This document shows, one piece after another, positions 1 through 10,102 of a DNA stretch of 64,000 nucleotides. Every line of letters starts with the position of its first letter. Within the stretch, counting starts at the first letter, position 1. The notes beneath the pieces were generated by a model. It worked only from the letters and a program-made list of their open reading frames with translations, ran no database searches and was not told the DNA's origin. Made by a program: the position numbers and the translations under genes. Origin of the DNA: Dehalococcoidia bacterium (GTDB taxonomy: Bacteria > Chloroflexota > Dehalococcoidia > SHYB01); the NCBI GenBank assembly GCA_965248515.1, contig CBDFJU010000002.1, forward strand, positions 767,688 to 831,687. The letters are read 5' to 3'.

Positions 1-125
1 TCGTCCAACGAGGCTTCCCTGTTCAAGGCCTCGAAGTCTCCATGGGCTGGATCGAAATTCATAACCGTCAGGATGTGAGCCTCGCGGAACAGGAGCTGTT
101 ATCAGCAGGAATAACGGAGCGTTAG
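1..125 (+). CDS. 3' end of a phosphonate/phosphocholine cytidylyltransferase-like domain (possibly a PEP mutase-NTase fusion), truncated by window edge
   Basis: Frame 3 reads VQRGFPVQGLEVSMGWIEIHNRQDVSLAEQELL...* (TAG 123-125), resembling the C-terminus of 2332..3120 (DRGVEVHCTIIDSGWFEID); lies directly upstream of the decarboxylase genes. Confidence 0.6.
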   Translation, partial: VQRGFPVQGLEVSMGWIEIHNRQDVSLAEQELLSAGITER

Positions 126-129
126 TGCT

Positions 130-663
130 GTGACGTCCCAACGAAGTTCCGGACTCGCGAGCGTGTCCACGGTGGACCCCGCCGCGCTCTGGGCGGCGTT
201 GGCCGATCGCGGCTTCACGCTCTTCTCGGGCGTCGCCGACTCGACGCTGGCGCCCCTGTACGGCGAGGCGATGGAGCAGGCCCGTGTGCGCTATGTTCCG
301 GCGCCGCGGGAGGATGCAGCGCTCGGCGTCGCCAGCGCCGCCTACTTTGGAGGCAGTCGAGGCGGAGTGCTCCTGCAGAACTCCGGTCTGGGCAACCTGG
401 TCAACCCGCTGACCTCCTTCAGCCTGATGTATAAGATACCGGTGCTCCTGATCATCGGATGGCGGGGCTACGAGGGTCGCGACGCCCCCGAGCACCTGAT
501 CATGGGCGCCAAGACCGTCGACCTGCTCGACCTGTTGGGGGTCCCCCACGCGACGCTGGAGACCGAGGGCGCTTGGGGCCCGCTGGACAGCCTCATCCGG
601 AAGATGGACGAGGAAAGGGCGCCGGCGGCGCTTCTCGTGCGTCCTGGGGTGCTGGGCCGATGA
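130..663 (+). CDS. Phosphonopyruvate (sulfopyruvate-like) decarboxylase, N-terminal/alpha subunit
   Basis: FSGVADSTL, REDAALGVASAAY, LLQNSGLGNLVNPLTS, IGWRG...APEH motifs of Ppd/ComD; exact start uncertain. Confidence 0.88.
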   Translation: MTSQRSSGLASVSTVDPAALWAALADRGFTLFSGVADSTLAPLYGEAMEQARVRYVPAPREDAALGVASAAYFGGSRGGVLLQNSGLGNLVNPLTSFSLMYKIPVLLIIGWRGYEGRDAPEHLIMGAKTVDLLDLLGVPHATLETEGAWGPLDSLIRKMDEERAPAALLVRPGVLGR

Positions 664-1226
664 AGCGGCACGAGGCGATCGAGGCGCTGGTGCCGTACCT
701 GGGGCCGGACGACCTCGTGCTCTCGACGACCGGGATGATCTCTCGTGAGCTCTTCGCCGCTGGCGATCGGTCTGGAAACTTCTACATGATCGGGTCGATG
801 GGGCTGCTCACCTCCTTCGGGCTGGGCGTCGCCCTCCAGCACCCGGAGCGCCGCGTCGTCGTGCTGGAAGGCGACGGCAGCTTCCTCATGTCGATGGGCA
901 GCGTTGCGCTCATCGCCCACGAGAAGCCGGCCAACTTCCACCACGTCGTCCTCGATAACGGCGCCTATCAGTCCACCGGTGGACAGCCAACGGTCAGTGT
1001 CGCGGTCGACCTCGCGCCGATCATGCAGGCGGCCGGGTATCGTCGGGTGGCCGGGGCCGCGAGCGTCACCGAGCTCGCCGCCGCGTTTGGCGAGAACCTT
1101 GCCACTCCCGGCCCAACCGGTCTGCACGTCCGCGTCGACATCTCCGAAGTCGAAGGTATCCCGAGGGTGTCGCATAGCCCGGAGACAATCCGCGACCGGT
1201 TTCGGGGGGCCGTGGAAGCTGCATGA
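660..1226 (+). CDS. Phosphonopyruvate decarboxylase, TPP-binding C-terminal/beta subunit
   Basis: ATG at 660 overlaps the upstream TGA (ATGA); TTGMISRELF, NFYMIGSMG, EGDGSFLM...DNGAYQSTGGQPT TPP-binding motif. Confidence 0.9.
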   Translation: MKRHEAIEALVPYLGPDDLVLSTTGMISRELFAAGDRSGNFYMIGSMGLLTSFGLGVALQHPERRVVVLEGDGSFLMSMGSVALIAHEKPANFHHVVLDNGAYQSTGGQPTVSVAVDLAPIMQAAGYRRVAGAASVTELAAAFGENLATPGPTGLHVRVDISEVEGIPRVSHSPETIRDRFRGAVEAA

Positions 1227-2335
1227 GCACGCGCTTCTACAATCCGACCGACGTTCGCTGGATGCCCTGGGCCCAGGTCGGCGAGCTTCTTCCGGAGCCG
1301 GGCCTGCGGGTGATGATCGTCACGGGTGAGTCGTCGAAGGCGCGAGGCGAGCAGTTGCGGAACGGGGCGCTGCAGGACCACGACGTCCAACTCCTTAACG
1401 GAGTCCCGGCCGACCCAACGGACGAATCAGTCCAGGACGCGCTGGACGCAGTCCGGGCCGCCGACCCCGACTGGCTGATCGCCATGGGCGGCGGCAGCGT
1501 TCTCGACAGCGCGAAGGCCGCGGCGATGCTCGCTAGGAACGAAGGACGAGTCCTCGATTACGTGCGGAACCAGCGCCAGGTGGTCGCGCCGCCTATCCCA
1601 CTGATAGCCATCCCCACCACTGCCGGGTCGGGAAGCGAGGTCACTCCTTACGCTTCAATGACAGATACGGGTCGAACGCAAAAAGTTTCATTGAGTCACG
1701 ACTGGCTTTTTCCGCGGTACGCGGTGTTCGACCCCGAGCCCAGCCTGACCTGCTCGCCGCGCCAGACCGCGATCAGTGGCATGGACGCCCTCTCCCACGC
1801 GATTGAGGGGTATTGGAGCAACCGGTCGACCCCTGTTACCGACGCCTACGCCCTGGTCGCGGCAAAGCTCGTCTCGGACGTCCTTCCCAGCACCTTCGCC
1901 TGCCCCTCCGACCTGGAATCGCGCTGCGCGATGCTCCACGGGAGCCTCCTCGCCGGACTCACGATCAGCAATGCACGGACGACGGCGGTCCACGCCGTCT
2001 CGTACCCCCTGACCGTCCACTATCACGTCCCGCACGGGATGGCGTGTGCGATGCTGCTGCCCTCGTTTATCCGGTACAACGAAGGGGCGATGGACCGACG
2101 CAAGGAGCGCGCTCTCCTCGACCGCCTCGAGATCGATTCGATGCGCGGGCTGGCGGAGTCCGTCGAAGACCTGAAAACGCGGACGGAGATACCCGAGCGC
2201 CTCGGCGAATTGGGACTCGGCGAGCGTGACCTCGAGACCATCGTCGATAACGGCTTCCGTCCCGACCGCATGGCCAACAACCCTCGCGAGGTGACGGTGC
2301 ACAGCCTCCGCGATCTCCTGGAGTCGATCCTGTGA
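1223..2335 (+). CDS. Iron-containing alcohol dehydrogenase, probable phosphonoacetaldehyde reductase (2-hydroxyethylphosphonate forming)
   Basis: GGGSVLDSAK, IPTTAGSGSEVT, DALSHAIEGYWS, HAVSYPLT...VPHG motifs; sits between the decarboxylase and MPnS genes. Confidence 0.85.
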   Translation: MSTRFYNPTDVRWMPWAQVGELLPEPGLRVMIVTGESSKARGEQLRNGALQDHDVQLLNGVPADPTDESVQDALDAVRAADPDWLIAMGGGSVLDSAKAAAMLARNEGRVLDYVRNQRQVVAPPIPLIAIPTTAGSGSEVTPYASMTDTGRTQKVSLSHDWLFPRYAVFDPEPSLTCSPRQTAISGMDALSHAIEGYWSNRSTPVTDAYALVAAKLVSDVLPSTFACPSDLESRCAMLHGSLLAGLTISNARTTAVHAVSYPLTVHYHVPHGMACAMLLPSFIRYNEGAMDRRKERALLDRLEIDSMRGLAESVEDLKTRTEIPERLGELGLGERDLETIVDNGFRPDRMANNPREVTVHSLRDLLESIL

Positions 2336-3120
2336 CCGACGGCCTCGTCGGTGTCGTCATCGCCGCCGGCCTCGGCTCGCGGCTGCTGCCGCTGACGGCC
2401 GAGATGCCGAAGTGCATGCTCCCGGTTCGCGACAAGCCGATGCTTCATTGGGCCCTCGAGACCTTCCGGCATGTGGGGATCGAACGTTCGGTGGTTATCG
2501 GTGGCTATAAGGCGGACCGCCTGGAGATACCGGACGGCGCGACCCTCGTGATGAACCATGCCTTCGCCCACAACAACGTCCTGCACTCGTTTGCCCAGGG
2601 CAGAGCGAAGATCAACGGCTCCAAGGCGGCGCTGGTGAGCTACTCCGACATCATCTTTACGCGCTCGGTGGTCGAACGCCTCCTCCGGTCCGAAGGGCGC
2701 GACATCAGCGTCGTCGTCGATCGGGGCTGGGCGCCCGGATACGAGGGCCGGCTGCACCACCCACTCGATGAGGCCGAAGGGGCCCGGTTCGACGATCGCG
2801 GACTGCTGCGAGAGGTTGGGAAGGGCCTACTCGCGTCCGACAGCCCGCCGCACGAGTGGGGCGAGTTCATCGGCATGATGAAGATGAGCCACCGGGGGCT
2901 GGAGCAGTTCTGGACGGCCTTCGACGACGTCAATGCCAAGACCGGTGAGGATGAGCCGTTCCAAGGCGCCCAGGCCTGGCGAAAGGCATATCTGACCGAT
3001 ATGCTGCAAGAGCTCGTCGACCGAGGGGTCGAGGTGCACTGCACGATCATCGACAGCGGCTGGTTCGAGATTGACACCCAGGAAGACTATGAGCTCGCCC
3101 AGGGCTTCAGGTTTGAATAA
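2332..3120 (+). CDS. Phosphocholine/phosphonate cytidylyltransferase family (LicC/PntC-like)
   Basis: IAAGLGSRLLPLTAEMPKCML, YSDIIF, GEFIGMMK, YLTDMLQEL, WFEIDTQEDY. Confidence 0.85.
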   Translation: MTDGLVGVVIAAGLGSRLLPLTAEMPKCMLPVRDKPMLHWALETFRHVGIERSVVIGGYKADRLEIPDGATLVMNHAFAHNNVLHSFAQGRAKINGSKAALVSYSDIIFTRSVVERLLRSEGRDISVVVDRGWAPGYEGRLHHPLDEAEGARFDDRGLLREVGKGLLASDSPPHEWGEFIGMMKMSHRGLEQFWTAFDDVNAKTGEDEPFQGAQAWRKAYLTDMLQELVDRGVEVHCTIIDSGWFEIDTQEDYELAQGFRFE

Positions 3121-3124
3121 GGTA

Positions 3125-4528
3125 GTGGCCACGGAGCGCGACGATCATGAGTACCGGGTGCGCCAGGGGGCGAGGATCAGAAGTGCGGCCAACGATCTGA
3201 AGCGAAACGACGCCGCCTTGGCCTCCGAGCTCGGCGAGACTCCCGGGGCCATCGAGGGTGTCTTTGCCGGCGCGGCGGACCTGCCGACATACGAGCGCGT
3301 GATACGCCGCATGGTTGAGGTCTACCCCATCTCCCGCCTTGATCTCGAGGTACGGCGCGACGACACCGATGAAGGCGTCGTCCACTGGCCTGCGGACTCC
3401 GCGACGGCGTCGAGCCGGGTCTTCGACCGCGCCAATAGGGAAGGCCGGCTGACGCCCTACTACGAGTACCGCGACCTGGCGATGAGCGCTGGCGGGCCCT
3501 ACCGGCCGGAGTGGATCAAGGAGCTGCGGGTGGTCGGCAGTGACGACGCGGACGACCCCGACGTCGCCTACAACAACGGGCACTTCTTGCACCAGATGAC
3601 CTTCTTCATCGGTCCCGTCAACTTCTACTGGAACGATGGCGACGGCTTTCACGTCGAGCGGATGGACACCGGCGACTCGAACTACATCACCCCGCTGGTT
3701 CCCCATAGCTTCGCTTCCCGCGACGCTGACCGGGAGGCGCTCATCGTCGCCGTCACCTTCGCGGGAAACCTCGGAGGCGAGGCCCAGCAGGAGCTGGCGA
3801 ACCTGGACGTGGGGCGCATCTCCGGCCACCTGCCGAACGTGAGCAGCCCGGCACGGGCCTTCTCCCGAGTCCTCAACAAGGAGATGGCCAACGGCATGCG
3901 CACGCCAGAGCAACTCGTTGCCCGCTCCGGCATCGCGGGAGCGCGGGTGGCCAGCTTTCTCGATGGGACGGTGCTGCCGAACCCCGAGGAGCTCACCGCG
4001 TTGGCGGGAAGCCTGGGGACTAATGTTCGCGATCTGATGCCGCCGGAGCCGGTCGACCGTCGCGAGGTCGTCGTGCGACACTCCTCGGCGGACGACGAGT
4101 GGCCCTATCCCTCGGAAGAGCTGCCGCGCTATCGAGTCCGGGAGCTTGCCGGATCGCGCAAGGTGCCGTTCCTCAACGGCATGGCGGCGCGAGTGGTCGA
4201 ATCGTCGCCGGCGGGTTCGCCGGATTCCCTGGACCTGGCGACTTCCTCCCACGAGTTCGCCTACAACTATGGCGACGCCACGGCCTATCTGTATTGGCAA
4301 GGCCGCGACGAGCTCCGATGCGTCGCCGTCGGGCCCGGGGACTCGTATTACGTGCAACCGACGGTCCCGCATGCCGTGCGGGCAGCCGATGGCGCTGGCG
4401 CCAGCCTGGTCCTGGTGCGGGTCGGGAGCGCCCTCACCGGCGACAGCATGTGGGAGCTGGCTTCGTTACCCGAGAATGCCCTCGACCGCGTCATCTCGGA
4501 GACAAAACAGTGGTACGACCCGAAGTGA
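3125..4528 (+). CDS. mpnS: Methylphosphonate synthase (HEPD/MPnS-family non-heme Fe dioxygenase)
   Basis: Tandem HTH+cupin repeats; YNNGHFLHQMTFFIGPVNFYW...GDSNYITPLVPHSF gives His-x3-Gln...His with Phe 10 residues after Gln and Ile 6 before the distal His, matching the MPnS signature; GTG 3125 chosen as start (ORF open from 3071). Confidence 0.85.
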   Translation: MATERDDHEYRVRQGARIRSAANDLKRNDAALASELGETPGAIEGVFAGAADLPTYERVIRRMVEVYPISRLDLEVRRDDTDEGVVHWPADSATASSRVFDRANREGRLTPYYEYRDLAMSAGGPYRPEWIKELRVVGSDDADDPDVAYNNGHFLHQMTFFIGPVNFYWNDGDGFHVERMDTGDSNYITPLVPHSFASRDADREALIVAVTFAGNLGGEAQQELANLDVGRISGHLPNVSSPARAFSRVLNKEMANGMRTPEQLVARSGIAGARVASFLDGTVLPNPEELTALAGSLGTNVRDLMPPEPVDRREVVVRHSSADDEWPYPSEELPRYRVRELAGSRKVPFLNGMAARVVESSPAGSPDSLDLATSSHEFAYNYGDATAYLYWQGRDELRCVAVGPGDSYYVQPTVPHAVRAADGAGASLVLVRVGSALTGDSMWELASLPENALDRVISETKQWYDPK

Positions 4529-4538
4529 CTGGGGTAGC

Positions 4539-5273
4539 ATGGTGCCGAACATCCTTAGCGTGACCCTCGCGAGGGGCGGCTCCAAGAGCATCCCCAAGAA
4601 GAACGTCACCCCCTTGCTCGGCGTGCCGCTGATCGCCTACACGGTGGTCGAGGCGAAGCGGGTGAGCTTCGAGCACGAATACATCGTGTCCACGGACGAC
4701 GAGGAGATCGCCGAGTGTGCCCGAGGCTTCGGGGCCGAGGTGCCGTTCCTGCGTCCGGCGGACCTGGCCGGCGACCAGGCCTCCTCGGCGGCCGCGGTGA
4801 TCCACGCGCTTGAGTGGATGGAGAACGACCGCGGCAAGAAGTACGACATCGTCGTCGAGCTGATGTGCACCAACCCGATGAAGACCTCGAAGGATATCGA
4901 CGCGGTGGTGGAAAAGATGATCGCCACCGGCGCGGACTCGGTCATCGGCGTCACCCGGCTCTGGGACCATCACCCCATGCGGGTGAAGAAGATCGTCGAC
5001 GACCGGCTCGTCGACTTCTGCGTGTACGAGAAGCCGGAGAACCGCCGCCAGGACCTCCAGCCCCCGGCCTACATCCGCAACGGCGCCATCTACGCGGTGA
5101 AGCGCGACGTGCTCCTGGAGACGGGGGCGAGGTACGGCACCGAGCACAGCCGGCCGCACGAGATGCCCGCGGAGGCCTCGGTCAATATCGACTCGCCCAT
5201 AGACCTGCTCATCGCCGAGATGCTGCTCAAGGGCAGCCCGCGACCCTACATCCCGGGGTTCAAGATCGAGTAG
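4539..5273 (+). CDS. Acylneuraminate cytidylyltransferase (NeuA/PseF/LegF family)
   Basis: LARGGSKSIPKKN, VSTDDEEIA, VPFLRPADLAGD, YIRNGAIY, SVNIDSPID. Confidence 0.9.
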   Translation: MVPNILSVTLARGGSKSIPKKNVTPLLGVPLIAYTVVEAKRVSFEHEYIVSTDDEEIAECARGFGAEVPFLRPADLAGDQASSAAAVIHALEWMENDRGKKYDIVVELMCTNPMKTSKDIDAVVEKMIATGADSVIGVTRLWDHHPMRVKKIVDDRLVDFCVYEKPENRRQDLQPPAYIRNGAIYAVKRDVLLETGARYGTEHSRPHEMPAEASVNIDSPIDLLIAEMLLKGSPRPYIPGFKIE

Positions 5274-5276
5274 CCG

Positions 5277-6248
5277 ATGAAGCCGAGCATACTTGTCATA
5301 ACGCCGGTGCGACACATCAATGGCGTCGCCGATACCCTCGAGGCGTGCGGCGACGTCACCTATCTGGACGACCCCTCGCCCGAGGACGTGACGCGGCGCA
5401 TCGGGGACCACGACGCTCTGTACACGAACCCCAACAAGTCCAACGTCTTCATCTCCCGCGATCTGATCGGGGCCGGCGCCATCCTCAAGGTCGTCTGCAC
5501 GGCGTCCACCGGGACGAACCACATCGATCTTGCGGCCGCGAAGGATGCCGGCGTCGCCGTGCTCTCCCTGACGGAGGAGCGCGACGTCATCAACCGGATC
5601 ACCTCCACCGCGGAGCATGCCTTCGGGCTCATGATGGCCGCGCTACGGCGTGTCGCGCCAGGGTGGGAGTCGGTGAAGCGCGGAGAGTGGGACTACCTCC
5701 CCTACGTCGGCCGCCAACTCAACGCCCTCACCGTGGGCGTGGTCGGCTACGGACGCCTGGGAAGCCTCTTCGCCGGCTATTGCCAGGCCTTCGGGAGCCG
5801 GGTCCTCGTCCATGACCCTTACAAGCTTGTCGACGACCCCGCTCTTCGCCAGGTGGAGCTCGAAGAGTTGCTCGCCGAGAGCGACGTCATCAGTCTCCAC
5901 GTTCACGTCACTCCGGAGACGCTGAGGATGGTGGGCGGCGGCTGGCTCGCCAGCGTCAAGCCGGACCTGGTGCTGGTGAACACCTCGAGAGGCGACGTCT
6001 GCGACGAGGCTGCGCTCGTTGAATTCCTCGAAGCGAATCCGCGAGCGCTCTACGCCACCGACGTGCTTGCCAACGAGACCACGGAAAAGTTCACCAGCCG
6101 GCTAAGGGCGTGGGCGATAGAGAGGGACCAGGTGCTGATTACGCCGCACATCGGAGGGATGACGGTCGAGGCCCAGGAGATCGCCTACAACCACGCGGCG
6201 CGGATGCTGAAGGATTTTCTCGGGTCGCGAGTGGCGGCGACATCGTGA
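5277..6248 (+). CDS. D-2-hydroxyacid dehydrogenase (PGDH-like)
   Basis: STGTNHID, GVVGYGRLG, ISLHVH, NTSRGDV, ITPHIGG. Confidence 0.88.
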   Translation: MKPSILVITPVRHINGVADTLEACGDVTYLDDPSPEDVTRRIGDHDALYTNPNKSNVFISRDLIGAGAILKVVCTASTGTNHIDLAAAKDAGVAVLSLTEERDVINRITSTAEHAFGLMMAALRRVAPGWESVKRGEWDYLPYVGRQLNALTVGVVGYGRLGSLFAGYCQAFGSRVLVHDPYKLVDDPALRQVELEELLAESDVISLHVHVTPETLRMVGGGWLASVKPDLVLVNTSRGDVCDEAALVEFLEANPRALYATDVLANETTEKFTSRLRAWAIERDQVLITPHIGGMTVEAQEIAYNHAARMLKDFLGSRVAATS

Positions 6249-6277
6249 CCGGGCGAGAATAGACAGAGGAGAAACGC

Positions 6278-7291
6278 GTGGCGAAACCGAAACACTGCTA
6301 TGTCATCGCGGAGGCGGGCCTCAATCACAACGGCTCGATGGAGTTGGCGAGATAGCTCGTCGACGTCGCCGCGGAGGCCGGCGCGGACTGCGTCAAGTTC
6401 CAGAAGCGGAACGTCGCGACGCTGGCGGTCGGCCCGGTGCTCGATGCCGAGGACGACCGCTTCCCCACCCTCGGCTCTACGTACCGCGAAATTCGAGAGA
6501 GTCTCGAGTTCGACCTGGATCAGTATCGCGAGCTCAAGAGCCGTGTCGAAGCGAAGGGCATGGACTTCCTGTCCACCGCTTTCGACGTCGAGTCCGTCGA
6601 CTTCCTCGAAACGCTCGGAGTCGACGCCTACAAGATGGCCAGCCACTCCAACACCAACATCGGTCTGCTTCGCTATGTCGCCGCCCTGGGGAAGCCTGTT
6701 GTGCTGTCCACCGGGGCCTGCACCGTGGAGGAGCTGGATGACGCCGTCGCCGTGTTCAAGGATGCGGGGACTGAGCTGACCCTGCTCCACTGCGTCTCGT
6801 CGTACCCCACCCCGGTGGAGCAGATGAACCTCGCCATGATCGATTGGTACGCCGATCGCTACGGCGTCCCGGTCGGGTACTCGGGCCACGAGATCGGCTA
6901 CTTGCCCACGCTTTCCGCCGTCGCTCGGGGCGCGGTGGCGGTTGAGCGTCACTTCACCGTGGACAACACGCTCCCCGGCTTCGATCACAAGCTCTCGCTC
7001 ATGCCCCAGGAGCTGAAGGCGATGATCGAGGCGATCCGCTCGGTGGAGACTAGCATCGGCACGGTCGAGACAGGCGTTTCGGAGTTCGAGCAGGTCACCC
7101 GGGGCAAGTACAAGGTCTCGATGGTCAGTGCCGGCCCCATTCCCAGGGGCGCCGTCTTGACCGAGGAGATGATCACCTACAAGAACCCCGGCACCGGCAT
7201 CTACCCGAAGGACGCTGGACGGGTGCTCGGGAAACGAACGGTGATGGACATCCCTCGGGACACGCTGATCGACGAGGGGATGGTGGGGTAG
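6278..7291 (+). CDS. NeuB-family nonulosonic acid synthase with SAF domain; interrupted by in-frame TAG at 6353-6355
   Basis: GAGGAG RBS and GTG 6278; YVIAEAGLNHNGSMELAR*LVDVAAEAGADCVKFQKR continues in frame into ORF 6437..7291 (LLHCVSSYP, GYSGHE, ERHFT...GFDH). Confidence 0.88.
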
Positions 7292-7297
7292 CGAGCC

Positions 7298-8611
7298 ATG
7301 CCCAAGGCATCCATCATCATCCGCACGAAGAACGAGGAGCAATGGATCAAGCACTGCCTGAAGATGATCGATGCCCAGTCTTTCCGCGACTTCGAGGTGT
7401 TGCTCGTCGATAACGAGAGCGAGGACGCCACGGTGTCCATCGCCCGGCGCCACGGTGTCGAGAAGATCGAGACGATCGCGGACTACCGCCCCGGCGACGC
7501 CTTGAACCGGGGCATAGTCGCCTCCCGCGGCGAGTACGTCGTCTGCCTGTCGGCCCACTGCGTTCCCAGGGACAGCGACTGGCTGTCGAAGCTGCTGGCC
7601 CCGCTTGACGACGCCAACGTCGCCGGGGTCTACGGAAGGCAGTTGCCCGTCTCCTTCAGTCCCGATAGCGACAAGCGCGACCTCCTGATCACCTTCGGCC
7701 TCGACCGGCGCGTCCAGGTGAAAGATTACTTCTTCCATAACGCCAATAGCGCCATCCGAAGGGAGATCTGGGAGAAGATCCCCTTCGACGAACGGGCCTC
7801 GAACATCGAAGACCGGATCTGGGGCAAGGCGGCGATCGAGGCGGGATACAACCTCGTCTACGAGCCCGAAGCCGCCGTGTACCACCACCACGGCATCCAC
7901 CAGAACCAGGCCCAGGGCAGGGCTCAGACGACTGTCTCCGTCCTCGAGCGTGTCGAGCCGGCGGGCGACCTGAGCGGCCTCCCGGAGACGATGCTGCCCG
8001 AGTCGGCCCACATCGTAGCCATCTGCCCCATCGTCGGCGATGTTGCCGGGGACGACGAGCTGCTTACCCGCCTCGTTCGCGACCTGCAGTCGTCCCGCTA
8101 CGTCGATACGATCTATCTGCTTTCGGAGAGCGAGGGTGCGGCGGAGCTTGCGGGCTCGATGGGCGTAGAATTCCTGAAGCGGCCCCCGGACTTGCGGCCC
8201 CCGGAGAAGAGCCTTGAGGACGCCCTGCAGTACGCGTTCCTCGAGATCGAGGCCCGAGGCGAGTTTCCCGACGCCATCGTCTATGCCAACTAGCTGTTTC
8301 CGTGCCGACCCCAGGGGTTCTTCGACGAGTTGGCGACGGAGTTGCAATACAAGGGGCTGGACACGGTGTTCGCGGGTTATCCCGACTTCAACAACTACTG
8401 GATGGGCAGCGGTGAGGAGGGCTTTCGAATCATCGGCGACGGGATGAAGCCGCGCTCCGGCAAGCGCCCCATGTATCGGGCGCTGAACGGGTTGGGGACC
8501 ATCGCCTCCTCTTCGCACATTCGTCGCGGCGCGCTTGTGGGTGAAGCCGTAGGCATCATCACGATTCGCGACGAGACCTATGCTACGAAGGTCAGCCCTT
8601 CAGGAGCCTGA
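7298..8611 (+). CDS. GT2 glycosyltransferase fused to a degenerate cytidylyltransferase-like C-terminal domain; in-frame TAG at 8291-8293
   Basis: SIIIRTKNEE, LVDNESED, LSAHCVP, FFHNANSAIRR, IEDRIW; C-terminal part FLKRPPDL...YAN*LFPCRP continues in frame to ORF 8330..8611. Confidence 0.75.
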
Positions 8612-8612
8612 C

Positions 8613-10098
8613 GTGGACCTTCCACTCACCCGGTTCAACCAGGGCGACGCCTACAAGGCCAGGCAGGCCGAGGCCCTCCATCGGTTCGAGGGCAAGCTGT
8701 TCCAAGGGCTGGAGCTGAGACCCGTGCTCTACGACGACGTGAGCAGCCGCGTCACCGAGGACGTGGACGGCCCTGGCCGAGGGTTGGGGTTCGCCGTGCG
8801 GTTCCTGAGGGGCATGGCGACCTACGTCCTCAGGGGGAGACTGGTCGCCGACCTCGCCCGCGTGCCGGCCCTCACCCTGTCGCAACACGGATGCGACTCG
8901 CCGCAGGGCCAGGTCTGGGTGTTGATGGACCACTCGAGGAAGACCGTGGAGACGCAACTTGACGAACATCATTGGCGGCTCCCCCTACGTGGCCCTCGAG
9001 TACGACCTGCGAGGAAGGCCAGCAGGCTGGGGTTTCTTGCGGCGGCTCCTGCGCTATGCGGGTCTCTTCCCGAGATGTTTCGTGCCGTTCGCGAGCAATC
9101 CCTTCGGATCGGTGCACAAGCTGGCGGTGCAGGTTCTGGCGGCGGGGGAGATCGCGGCCGAGGCGCGGCGGTTGATGGCCGAGGGTAGGCCGGGCGCGCT
9201 GTTCCTGTTCCGGGATTTCCAGGGGACCGCAAACACCCTGGTCCAGGTCGCTCGCGTCGCGGGCGTCCCGACCTACACCACACAGCACTCGATTCACCCC
9301 CAGTTCTCCGGCAGGTTCGATCGCGTCGGGAACGTCCTGCTCGAGAACTCCCTGTCCGACACCTACGTGGCCTGGGGCCCCTTCTCGGAGCGTCAGATGC
9401 TCGACTTCCACGAGCGGTGCGGTCGGAAGCTGAGGGTGCTCCTGGACACCAGGCCTACCGCGCCGGAAGAGCGGCAGCTCGACATGGACAAGGCCTCCAA
9501 CCAGCGAATCGAAGTCCACGAGGTCGTCGTCTCCCTGATGGGACTCCGTTACGAGGCCGAGAATGCAGCGCTCCTCCATCTTGTAGCTCAGCTTGCCGGC
9601 GATCGGGGCCATCCGATAAAGGCCAGGCCGCACCCGTCGCTCGACTTCTCCAAGTACGAGGCATTCCTGAGTGACCTCGAGCGCGAGCACGGCGTTGACG
9701 CCGAGCTCACCGATTCCCGAGCAAGCGCCCAGTCGCGGTATACGCCTCACTCCCTGGGCGTTACCGGCATCACCTCAACCTACTTCGAGAACCTGTTCTT
9801 CGGGATACCGGTGCTCGTGCTCGACCACGGTCACACCGTCGTCGAGCCGCTGCCGCGCGTGCTCCCCGGGTTCAAGACCGCCGAGGAGCTGGCTTCCCAG
9901 GTCGAGGCCGTTGAAGCGATGACCTGGGCCGAGTGGTACGCCAAGGCGGACCCGGTCTGCGTCGAGGTCTACAATAGGCCATGCCTGGAATTTGGGCCTC
10001 GACGTTCGATGATCGACCTGGTGCGTCAGGACGCCGGCCTCGCGTCGGACGAGCCTTCTCCGGCCAAGGCCGCCGCCATAACTGGGGGAGACCGATAG
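8613..10098 (+). CDS. Uncharacterised surface-polysaccharide protein (GT-B-like), frameshift near 8958
   Basis: GGAG RBS and GTG 8613 (frame of ORF 8580..9188) joins ORF 8959..10098; TQHS, VAWG, KARPHPS, STYFENLFFGIP motifs. Confidence 0.55.
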
Positions 10099-10102
10099 CC
10101 GC

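Noticed and set aside
130-1226. Coenzyme M sulfopyruvate decarboxylase ComDE
   Set aside because: The split architecture is similar, but the adjacent Fe-ADH, cytidylyltransferase and MPnS point to a phosphonate pathway.
3125-4528. XRE transcription regulator or HEPD
   Set aside because: The HTH-cupin repeats carry the 2-His-1-Gln triad with Phe/Ile rather than Tyr/Gly, favouring MPnS.
6185-8518. Long antisense ORFs (777 aa here; also 44097..45614, 42010..43395, 55041..56105 and others)
   Set aside because: Shadow ORFs opposite well-supported genes in GC-rich DNA, with no recognisable motifs.
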